Shown piece after piece: positions 20,312-28,722 of a DNA stretch of 64,000 bases. Both the position numbers and the translations under genes were made by a program. The stretch is from Ignisphaera sp. (lineage in GTDB: Archaea > Thermoproteota > Thermoprotei_A > Sulfolobales > Ignisphaeraceae). The stretch spans positions 311,764-375,763 of the forward strand of contig JAWAHS010000001.1 in the NCBI GenBank assembly GCA_038889075.1. Reading direction: 5' to 3'. The number at the start of each line of letters is the position of its first letter. Position 1 is the first letter of the stretch. The notes beneath the pieces were generated by a model, which had not been told where the DNA came from, searched no databases, and saw only the letters and a list, made by a program, of their open reading frames with translations.

Positions 20312-23185
20312 CTATCTGTCGTTCCAATACTTATGTGTTCTTAGAAACACTTTCTCTTGTTCAACAATATTATAAATAAGCGACTCTAGATCGCTAGATC
20401 TAGCTAGGATACGTTTTGCTGCTTCCACACCTATGCCACGTCCTTGTAGAGCTATTATGCTAGCTATACCATTTTCCATAATTAAATGCATTTCTTTAAC
20501 TATTTTTTCAGCTAGACTTTTCTCCTCAGGTTTCAGCTTTGATACATCAGTAAATTTCCTTAATTTTTCTAATATCTTCTTTATTTCAGTTAACTGCTTA
20601 TCGTTAGCCAATATCAACGCTTTGGATCCGCACTTTGGACACATAATATGACATTCGAATACATTTTGACATCTACTGATATATTCAGAGATGTTTATAG
20701 TTAGCACAGTATAGCATAGTGAACAGAGCATCCTTACTTCATTAGATATAAGTCTCCTTTTAGCAGTCTCTATCAGTATATCTCTTGGCATAATAGATTG
20801 CTTTACTATATATCCAATAGATCCTAGAGATGAGATTTCTAATAGGAAAGGCGAAGCCTTTGTTGTAACAATGATTTTTATCTTTTTCCTTTTTAGAGCT
20901 ATCTCTCTTAAAAACTTCTCTAGGGATTCTATATCTACCTTCTCTATAAGGAGCTCTCTTAAAGCTTCATCAACTAGTGTAGGAATATTTAGAAGAGAGG
21001 ATGCAATTCGTCTAACTTCGGATAGCTCACCATCTTTGCTAATTATACCAAATCTTTTAGCAACATCGATGAGCCGTTTCTTAAATATCGATGAATTCAT
21101 TAATTCTTTACTTACTATGCTCCCTATACCCCCATCATTAAGATGTTGTAGTAGACCTTGTAGTACTTTAGCGATATCATTGGCTTTTACTTGAGCACTT
21201 GTAAGAATTACAGAACCCAATTGATGTGCCCTATATGATGTACTGATACCAAGAAGACTTCTAAAAATACTACTTATTGCTAAGGCGAAAGCTTCTGAGC
21301 CCTTTGTACCTAGGCAGTGGTAAAATGAAATAATACTTCCGCTCAACTCACTCGAATTATGTAGCTCTATGATGAATATGTCGTCACGTGGAAAGAGCTT
21401 GCAAAGCTTCTCTCTATTCTCTAAAAGAAACTGTGTAACGGTACTATTAATGCGGTATTCTTTTACTAGATTTTCGATACAGTAATCAGCTGTACAGCTA
21501 CAGAATCTCCTTATAAGTGAACATTCTTCACGTGCAACATTTCTATGAACGGGAATGTTATCTCCAACCCATTTTGGTAATATAACAATATCTGACTTAG
21601 TTGGTGGCGAAAGCCACACAACTCTATTTTCTAAATCTATCCCTTCTATTTTCCATGCTTTTCCAGCTAGTATTATTATATCACCTTCATTGCAGGTTGC
21701 AACAAAATCTTCATCGAGAAGGCCTATTACATTATTATCCAGTACAGATCTTGCTTCAATGTGATTTGTATCGGGAATCATATTCGTAGTTAGATAGTAT
21801 ATTAGACCTCGTTTAGTTGGTGCACAAATGCTATCCCTACATTTAAGAAGATTTATTGAATCTAGAAAGTTGATTACAGACTGTAACTTTTCTATAGATA
21901 GTGATGAGAATACAGATGCCTTCGATATCATATCCAAAACCTCTTTAATTCCTATAGAACCTCGCTCTATAGCTATGCCTACAACTTGATGTGCTAAAGC
22001 GTCGAGAGGTTCCATGTGTATGTTTACAGGCTCTAAGATTCTATTTGCGGCTCTCCTAGCTATAACTATGGATTCTATAAGCTCTGTAATGATTGGGGGT
22101 ACGACGATAGCACCCCTAGATACATTTTCCTCTCTATGGCCAGCTCTACCAACTCTTTGGATAAGTTTTGTAGCTTGTCTCGGAGAGAGATATTGAATTA
22201 CAAAATCTATTCCACCAATATCTATGCCTAATTCAAGACTTGATGTAGAGATAGCGACCCTTATGTCACCCTTCTTAAACATTCTCTCAGTATACTCTCT
22301 TAAACCCCGTGAAAGAGAACCGTGGTGAATACCTATACTACTATCTAGGTTAAGGATTTTTCCTAGAGCAAACCCTATTTCCTCAGCTGCTATACGTGTA
22401 TTTGTGAATATGAGAACTTGATTATTAGCATAGACTAGCTTCTTTATAGTTTCCATAACAGAATTTGCATCAAAAATTCCATTCCGATATTTCATATCAG
22501 ATAGAATTACATCTATTGAGTACTGTTTTGGAGTAGGCGATTCAACTACATCAAATCTTCTCTGACCAAATAAGTATTGAGCAACAAGATTGATATCTCT
22601 AATGGGTGAAGATATAGCAATTCTTCTAACATGTCTATTGACGATAGAGTCTATTCTTTCTAATGAAACAATGAGCTCTGAACCTCTTTCACTTGAAATC
22701 ACTTCCTGAAGCTCATCCACTACAATAGCATAGAGATTGTTTAGGAATGTTCGGAATTCCTGCTTAATTAAAAGTATTTGAAGGCTTTCAGGTGTTGTTA
22801 TGAGGATTGATGGTGGATTTTCGATAATCTTTCTTCTTGAACGATGTGGTGTATCTCCATGCCATATATCGACAGATAATTGAAATAGCGATGCTATTTT
22901 CTTTAATCTTTCAGCCAAATCTCTATTTAGAGCTCTTAGAGGTGTTATATATATTACAAGAATGCCCTTCTTGATAGTATTCCCTTGTAAAATTTTCCAT
23001 AATATCGGTATAATTGCAGCTTCAGTCTTTCCACTTCCTGTAGGTGCCGATATCACGAGATCTGTTTCTGAATTAATAATCTTAGGAATAGCTTGCTGTT
23101 GAATTTGTGTAAGTTTATGAAAACCTAGCTTTCTAAATGTCTCCACAATCTCCTCTTCTTTACCTAGTAGATTCACTAACTGCAA
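20312..23185 (-). CDS. lhr: Lhr-family SF2 helicase
   Basis: APTGSGKT, TPLRALNRD, TTPESL, DELQE, SERG, HHGSLS, LELGIDIG, QRVGRAGH, MIPD motifs; C-terminal Zn finger. Confidence 0.9.
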   Translation of the reverse strand: MQLVNLLGKEEEIVETFRKLGFHKLTQIQQQAIPKIINSETDLVISAPTGSGKTEAAIIPILWKILQGNTIKKGILVIYITPLRALNRDLAERLKKIASLFQLSVDIWHGDTPHRSRRKIIENPPSILITTPESLQILLIKQEFRTFLNNLYAIVVDELQEVISSERGSELIVSLERIDSIVNRHVRRIAISSPIRDINLVAQYLFGQRRFDVVESPTPKQYSIDVILSDMKYRNGIFDANSVMETIKKLVYANNQVLIFTNTRIAAEEIGFALGKILNLDSSIGIHHGSLSRGLREYTERMFKKGDIRVAISTSSLELGIDIGGIDFVIQYLSPRQATKLIQRVGRAGHREENVSRGAIVVPPIITELIESIVIARRAANRILEPVNIHMEPLDALAHQVVGIAIERGSIGIKEVLDMISKASVFSSLSIEKLQSVINFLDSINLLKCRDSICAPTKRGLIYYLTTNMIPDTNHIEARSVLDNNVIGLLDEDFVATCNEGDIIILAGKAWKIEGIDLENRVVWLSPPTKSDIVILPKWVGDNIPVHRNVAREECSLIRRFCSCTADYCIENLVKEYRINSTVTQFLLENREKLCKLFPRDDIFIIELHNSSELSGSIISFYHCLGTKGSEAFALAISSIFRSLLGISTSYRAHQLGSVILTSAQVKANDIAKVLQGLLQHLNDGGIGSIVSKELMNSSIFKKRLIDVAKRFGIISKDGELSEVRRIASSLLNIPTLVDEALRELLIEKVDIESLEKFLREIALKRKKIKIIVTTKASPFLLEISSLGSIGYIVKQSIMPRDILIETAKRRLISNEVRMLCSLCYTVLTINISEYISRCQNVFECHIMCPKCGSKALILANDKQLTEIKKILEKLRKFTDVSKLKPEEKSLAEKIVKEMHLIMENGIASIIALQGRGIGVEAAKRILARSSDLESLIYNIVEQEKVFLRTHKYWNDR

Positions 23186-23377
23186 CCTCCTTTAATATTT
23201 TGTTTAAATAACTTAAACAATACTACTAATAGTATAGGCCAGCAGAACTTATATTGCTTATTCCCAGTTCTTGATGCAATGAGCATGCGATTAGAACGCT
23301 GGATTTATTAATTCTAACTGCTAAGTTGCATATTAAATACAGATGAACTTACAGTCATTAGGATAGGTAATGGAATA

Positions 23378-24088
23378 ATGGTTAGGAAAAGAAAGGATTT
23401 TGTGAAACTTTTAATAAAGTTGTATGTAGTAATATATGGTCTGTTACTTCTGATCTTAACCCAATCAGTTCCATTGCATTTAAATATGTATGTATTGATC
23501 CTCTCTCAACATCCTATACTGTATCTAACATCATCTATTTTTGAAATAGCATCCATAGCTGAAAGGTATATCATCAATATAGTTGTGATACTGCCCCTGC
23601 TCTCAATTGAGATCGTTAGAACTTTAATCTGTCGTAAACTAGGTATTCTGATTCTAGAAATAGTGATATTTCTTCTAATTACAGGTAATATAGTATTTAC
23701 CTCCATGTACAGTATTTTAACATTAGTTTTAGTTAAATTTCTAAGAGCTTTTCTTTTTCCACAGAATAGATATAGGGAAGGATACAATAAAATAGATTGC
23801 GATGTCAAACATTGTAAAACGATAGTAGCTGAGGAGATTCGTAGAAGCCAGAGATACGCTATGATGCTTATATCAATGGGTGTATCAATTCTAATCAATA
23901 TAGCTTTAATCACCATCTTCAAAACTGTTCTTTTTCTAATTTCCGTACTAATTTATGTTGTTATAATAGCGATAACCTATATCCATAGCTCTATAAGCTA
24001 TGGGTCAACTGCTATCACTACACTAATTGGACAGGCGGTAATAGCTGGTATACCACCCTATGGTGTGCTCTCTAACATTAAATGTTGA
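23378..24088 (+). CDS. Hypothetical membrane protein
   Basis: 236 aa with multiple hydrophobic segments. Confidence 0.5.
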   Translation: MVRKRKDFVKLLIKLYVVIYGLLLLILTQSVPLHLNMYVLILSQHPILYLTSSIFEIASIAERYIINIVVILPLLSIEIVRTLICRKLGILILEIVIFLLITGNIVFTSMYSILTLVLVKFLRAFLFPQNRYREGYNKIDCDVKHCKTIVAEEIRRSQRYAMMLISMGVSILINIALITIFKTVLFLISVLIYVVIIAITYIHSSISYGSTAITTLIGQAVIAGIPPYGVLSNIKC

Positions 24089-24303
24089 CCATCAACAACT
24101 ATGTAATGTTGTAACGGTATTTTTGTAAGCTTAATTTAGTTTAGGATATAGCATTAGCAAGATAGACAAAACAGTGTTATCCATAACTGCGTCGTTCTAT
24201 ATCAGCAAATTCAAATAAATTATGAATTGAGAATACGAAATATAAACTTATAAGCTATACAATACTCTAATAGTTAGCCTCAGAGTCTATTGTGTGAGCT
24301 TTT

Positions 24304-24741
24304 ATGAGCAAACAGTGCCTTGAATTACCAGCTGAATGGAAAAAATACCGGTATAGGAATAAGACTTTGGAAGAGCTCGTAGATATGCCCATGGATGATT
24401 TAGTAAAGTTGCTACCTGCTAGAGCTAGGAGGAGTCTCAATAGAGGATTCTCACCTAGGCAAAGAAGATTGCTAGAGAAGGTTATAGAAGCCCGTCAAAA
24501 ACTTTTAAATGAATGCAAAGAGAGTATAATAAAGACTCATGTGAGAAACATGCTAATACTACCAATAATGGTTGGATTAACAATAGCTGTACATAATGGT
24601 AAAGAATTTGTGCCGGTAAGAATAACGCCTGAAATGATAGGACATTATTTAGGGGAATTTGCACTAACAACAAAACAGGTAAAACATGGAGAGCCGGGGC
24701 TTAAAGCGACTAGAAGTACACTATTTGTAGCTCTCAAATGA
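24304..24741 (+). CDS. rps19: 30S ribosomal protein S19
   Basis: [22 protein letters not shown] and [12 protein letters not shown] motifs. Confidence 0.97.
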   Translation: MSKQCLELPAEWKKYRYRNKTLEELVDMPMDDLVKLLPARARRSLNRGFSPRQRRLLEKVIEARQKLLNECKESIIKTHVRNMLILPIMVGLTIAVHNGKEFVPVRITPEMIGHYLGEFALTTKQVKHGEPGLKATRSTLFVALK

Positions 24742-24789
24742 TATTACCACATACTAATTTTCGCTATACAATTGAAGTAGGAGATCATC

Positions 24790-25512
24790 ATGGGTAAAAG
24801 AATTTTATCCCAAAGAATGGGTAGAGGGACACAAGTATTTAGAAGCCCTAGTCATATGAGGATTGCACCTGTAAGGTATCCTCCCCTAAATAGGGAAACC
24901 AAACGTGGGATTGTTGTGGAGCTGCTCCATGAACCTGGGCGAAGTGCACCTGTAGCTTTAATAAAACTTGAAGATGGCAGTGAATTCTATAATATAGCAG
25001 TTGAAGGTTTAAGAATAGGACAGATCATAGAAATAGGAAGTGGTGCACAGCCAAATGTTGGAAACATTGTTGCATTAAGGAATATCCCCGAAGGTACTAG
25101 GATATGTAATATAGAATTGAGACCGGGAGATGGTGGGAGGTTAGTCAAAACCGGAGGCTCGTATGCCATACTGATAGGTAAATCATCTACACATGCAGTT
25201 ATAACGCTTCCTAGTGGAAGACAAAAGTCTGTACTGCTTGATGCTCGTGCAACTATAGGAGTAGTGGCTGGTGGTGGTCGGCTTGAAAAACCGTTGCTTA
25301 AGGCTGGTAATGCATACTATAAATGGAGAGCTAAGGCTAGAAAATGGCCACGAGTTAGAGGCGTAGCCATGAATGCAGTTGATCATCCCCACGGTGGAGG
25401 TTCGCACCAGAGTGAATCAAAACCTACAACTGTATCCAGGAGAGCTCCACCTGGCAGAAAGGTGGGTCACATAGCAGCTAGAAGAACTGGTAGAAGAAAA
25501 GGTGCACACTAA
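24790..25512 (+). CDS. rpl2: 50S ribosomal protein L2
   Basis: MGKRILSQRMGRG, HEPGR, WPRVRGVAMNAVDHPHGGG and GRKVGHIAARRTG motifs. Confidence 0.97.
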   Translation: MGKRILSQRMGRGTQVFRSPSHMRIAPVRYPPLNRETKRGIVVELLHEPGRSAPVALIKLEDGSEFYNIAVEGLRIGQIIEIGSGAQPNVGNIVALRNIPEGTRICNIELRPGDGGRLVKTGGSYAILIGKSSTHAVITLPSGRQKSVLLDARATIGVVAGGGRLEKPLLKAGNAYYKWRAKARKWPRVRGVAMNAVDHPHGGGSHQSESKPTTVSRRAPPGRKVGHIAARRTGRRKGAH

Positions 25513-25518
25513 AATTTT

Positions 25519-26973
25519 CTACACGCCATAGAATTTTCTTAACATTTTCTCAACAGATTCGTATCCCTCATTAGTTACTTCAAGTATTTTTGTCCTATAG
25601 TCTAATTCGGCTTCGATATCATCCTTTAAGAGCCTTCTAGCGAGTCTTTTCATTGTATAGCTATTCATTATCAAATTGGTATCGGGATCGTATATCTCCC
25701 TCCATCCATTATCAATACGTTCATACACTTTCCATACCCTCCGTTCAATTTTATGACCTATTCGTAGTCTTGAGATAAGTATCACGAGAGCGGTATTTAG
25801 TGATAACATATAATACAAATCTTGCGGAAGAAGATTTCTTAAAGCCATTTCATATTCTTCAGATGTTGACGCGTGAAATGTTGTAACAGAACCGGAACCC
25901 GACGCAACAGCTCTAACGAGCGCTGTTATTTCACGTCCTCTAACTTCACCAACTGCTAAAATATCAGGTCTATATCTAAGTGCTGTAAAGCATCTTTGCA
26001 ACATGTCTTCTGAAGTTTCACCGTAGAATTGTAGGAATCTTGACCTCATGGGAAGCTTTATTTCAGGAATATCTTGAACTACGATTATCTTCCAGTTAGG
26101 ATTGCTGAGTTGAAGTACAGCATTCAATAACGTAGTTTTTCCCGAGCCACTTCCACCTATTATTGAATAGAACATTTTCGCATCATTTATAAGCCAAAGT
26201 AGTGCAGCTATTTGCGGTTCTACCACCCCGCTCTTTATTAATTTAATGATATCTATTGGTATGGAGGGGAGTTTTCTTATATTAAATGTCGGACTGTGGC
26301 TAATAGGTTCACCAAGTGTTGCAGCAATCCTATATCCCTCTGGCAGTGCAGCGTGGAGCTCAGGTTTAACTAGTGAAACTGCCTTGCCACTCCTTATAGC
26401 AAGCCTTTCAAGATAGCTTCTAATCTCTTCTTCACTACTAAACTGAATATTTGTAAGCAAAGCTTCATAACTTAGAAAGTCTTTATGGACGACTGTAATT
26501 GGTTTCCGCCAATCAGATAGCTCTATATCTTCTATACCAGGATCCTTTATAATAGGATCCAAGATTCCATAACCGAAGGAATCTCTGGTAATATAGTAAA
26601 GTAAGCTGTTGTAATATTTATGAAGTTCTTCCTCGAACCCAAAGTTATGAGCAATATTCTCGATAGCTTTCTTCAGATCCTCAGCATCATGTATTATAAA
26701 GTAGGATGTATAGAGATAATCCATTATAATACTGTATAGTCTTGATCCAGCTTCATCTAAATGAGGCTCCGTAACAATATACCTAGCGGTTCCATATTTA
26801 TCAACACATATTGTGACAGCGACTTCACCAACATTATAGTTTCTCAGAATCTCTAAGCATAGATCGTTTATATCCTCCATATGTATTCTATGAACATTCT
26901 TTCTAATCAAAAGACCTCCAGTATTGGAACGAGGATCTGTTTTCGTAAAGATATCGAATTTCATAACCCCCAT
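25519..26973 (-). CDS. Type II/IV secretion ATPase (VirB11/TadA/UpsE-like)
   Basis: GYGILDPIIKDPGIEDI, Walker A GGSGSGKTT, LRYRPDILAVGEVRG and TTFHA motifs. Confidence 0.88.
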   Translation of the reverse strand: MGVMKFDIFTKTDPRSNTGGLLIRKNVHRIHMEDINDLCLEILRNYNVGEVAVTICVDKYGTARYIVTEPHLDEAGSRLYSIIMDYLYTSYFIIHDAEDLKKAIENIAHNFGFEEELHKYYNSLLYYITRDSFGYGILDPIIKDPGIEDIELSDWRKPITVVHKDFLSYEALLTNIQFSSEEEIRSYLERLAIRSGKAVSLVKPELHAALPEGYRIAATLGEPISHSPTFNIRKLPSIPIDIIKLIKSGVVEPQIAALLWLINDAKMFYSIIGGSGSGKTTLLNAVLQLSNPNWKIIVVQDIPEIKLPMRSRFLQFYGETSEDMLQRCFTALRYRPDILAVGEVRGREITALVRAVASGSGSVTTFHASTSEEYEMALRNLLPQDLYYMLSLNTALVILISRLRIGHKIERRVWKVYERIDNGWREIYDPDTNLIMNSYTMKRLARRLLKDDIEAELDYRTKILEVTNEGYESVEKMLRKFYGV

Positions 26974-27015
26974 ATATAGTACTTTAATAAAGGTTACAGT
27001 ATTAGTTATTTATTA

Positions 27016-27071
27016 TCAGCATTTCCGGCTCTCTTCATCGAAAAATACTCAAAAGACCCTCTGATCATCAT
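27016..27071 (-). ncRNA. Box C/D sRNA just downstream of tRNA-Gln
   Basis: Minus strand: ATGATGA-tcagagggtctt-TTGA-...-TCGATGA-agagagccggaaatg-CTGA. Confidence 0.7.
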
Positions 27072-27088
27072 ATGCAACTCTAAATCGT

Positions 27089-27164
27089 TGGTAGCCGGGC
27101 GGGGATTCGAACCCCGGTCACGGGGGCCAAAGCCCCGCATCCTTGGCCGCTAGACGACCCGGCT
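27089..27164 (-). tRNA. tRNA-Gln(TTG), CCA encoded, no intron
   Basis: AGCCGGG/CCCGGCT acceptor stem, CGGGG-CT-TTG-GC-CCCCG anticodon arm, GGTTCGAATCC T-loop. Confidence 0.96.
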
Positions 27165-27193
27165 ACGCTGTAGTTTACAGCAATCTGATACAG

Positions 27194-27201
27194 CTTATAA
27201 A
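27194..27201 (-). promoter_or_regulatory. TATA box for tRNA-Gln
   Basis: TTTATAAG about 30 nt upstream of the mature 5' end. Confidence 0.6.
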
Positions 27202-27249
27202 CATTTATAAATGTTAATGTTCATAATATAATTTCTAGTATCTGACCGA

Positions 27250-28722
27250 TTAGCTAGGAGGACCATCATCTATAATAGCTGGAATACGTAGAAGTACATT
27301 ACATATGAAAGACATACTATTTGCTAAATAGAGTGGGCATTGCATATTGAAATGATGATTCCTAGACCAGACGGAGATCTTAGATGAAGAGTGGTTGCCT
27401 GCGTCGCTTATTTGGGTTTGTTTAGGTGTTTTGAATATCATGGGTATATTCGACACGGGCTTCTCCCTCATCACCTGCTCACCTGTTGCAGGGTCATCGG
27501 GAGCTACATCGACGGACACCACTGGGCCCACCGCGTGGTATATGTATCCCCCGCCTCTGATGGCTACCCAGCCATCATTGAGGCGGGAGAAGAGGTTTAG
27601 GCAAGCTACGTAGTGTGAGTTAAACTCGAATCCGCATTTCTTGCACTCGAATCTGTCACCGTTTCTGTTCTCCTTGTCCACGTACCTGCAGGATGGGCAT
27701 GTTATAGAGGTTTTCTTAGCATCAACTTTAACGACGTTCAAACCTCTCTCGTACGCTTTGTACTCAAGGTTGAATATCATCTTTCTGTATGGAAATGTCT
27801 GAAGCCTGTAGTTTAGCTTCCTACTACCTTTCCTACCGTTCATCTTCATGTCCCTCAGGTTCTCTCTAACAATGTCCGCTTTGTTCACTCTGGTGATTTC
27901 AGCTATAACAGTTGTAACCTTCTTCACTCTATCTTCAACTCTACTCCTCTCTCTAGCACCGAGCTTCTCCAGCAACTTGTTTCTCTCGTAGGTGTTATCC
28001 ACTTTTCTCTGAATAGATCTCCGAATCCTCCTGTAGTTCAATCGTAACCTACTTACGTCGTAGTTTATCGTGAAGAGTACAGCTCTACCTTTCTCATAGT
28101 CTACGAGGAGGCATGCCATGTTGTCCTCGTTGATATCGATCACCAGCTTATTCCTGTGCTCAAACACTTCAACATTCTTTCTGATGGTTAGGAGAATATA
28201 TAGGGCATCCCTATCTACGATGATCTTCGAGTTAGAGACTTTAGCATTACTGAGCTCTCTCAACGCATGGTCATAAACCAGCATGATAAACTTAGCGTAC
28301 TCACCACTACCAATAGATAACCTGAGGATCTTGGAGCTGTTTTCTTCCTCGATTCTGAACGTATCGATGTGTAGATCAACCACTCTGTTTGCATCAACGC
28401 TTGGCGGTGAAGGTGAATTCCCTCGCTTATACTTCATCCACTTTCCTAGAAGCTTCCTGTAGCTCCTGTACACTACGAGAGCTCTCTTGTAGGCTTCTTC
28501 AACATACTTGTTGTGGAGATGCGGATACCTTTCTCTAAGATACCTGTAGCAGAGCTCGTGAGCCTTCTTCCTGCTCCTCACATTGTTTTTAACTACTATG
28601 TTCAAAGCATCCATGAGAATGTTTGTGTAATCGCTTAGCAAGCTGTGTACAAGAACCTTATCTCTCTTGGAGAGTGGTACAAGCTTAATCTTCAAAGTCT
28701 TCTGAATAGTCTTGGTAGCCGT
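27250..28722 (-). CDS. tnpB: TnpB RNA-guided nuclease family protein
   Basis: RuvC-I VIDIN, RuvC-II VRENL, TSITCPSC...FECKKCG zinc finger; RuvC-III reads NSHYVACLNL. Track start is TTG 28695; the likely original start is ACG at 28722. The ORF runs past the IS end. Confidence 0.9.
   Translation of the reverse strand, partial: TATKTIQKTLKIKLVPLSKRDKVLVHSLLSDYTNILMDALNIVVKNNVRSRKKAHELCYRYLRERYPHLHNKYVEEAYKRALVVYRSYRKLLGKWMKYKRGNSPSPPSVDANRVVDLHIDTFRIEEENSSKILRLSIGSGEYAKFIMLVYDHALRELSNAKVSNSKIIVDRDALYILLTIRKNVEVFEHRNKLVIDINEDNMACLLVDYEKGRAVLFTINYDVSRLRLNYRRIRRSIQRKVDNTYERNKLLEKLGARERSRVEDRVKKVTTVIAEITRVNKADIVRENLRDMKMNGRKGSRKLNYRLQTFPYRKMIFNLEYKAYERGLNVVKVDAKKTSITCPSCRYVDKENRNGDRFECKKCGFEFNSHYVACLNLFSRLNDGWVAIRGGGYIYHAVGPVVSVDVAPDDPATGEQVMREKPVSNIPMIFKTPKQTQISDAGNHSSSKISVWSRNHHFNMQCPLYLANSMSFICNVLLRIPAIIDDGPPS
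27352..27406 (+). ncRNA. Candidate box C/D sRNA truncated at the D box by the IS607 right end
   Basis: C ATGATGA, guide ttcctagaccaga, D' CGGA, C' ATGAAGA, guide gtggttgcctgcgt, then IS end sequence instead of CTGA. Confidence 0.4.
27405..27600 (-). ncRNA. omega-RNA/sotRNA scaffold overlapping the tnpB 3' end
   Basis: Long hairpin TCCCGCCTC-aATGATGGCT-gggt-AGCCATCA-GAGGCGGGG plus CCCGATGA...GATGAGGGAGAA just before the right end. Confidence 0.6.

Noticed and set aside
27089-27164. tRNA genes as attachment sites of an integrated virus or plasmid
   Set aside because: No duplicated tRNA halves, integrase or viral genes seen for either tRNA.
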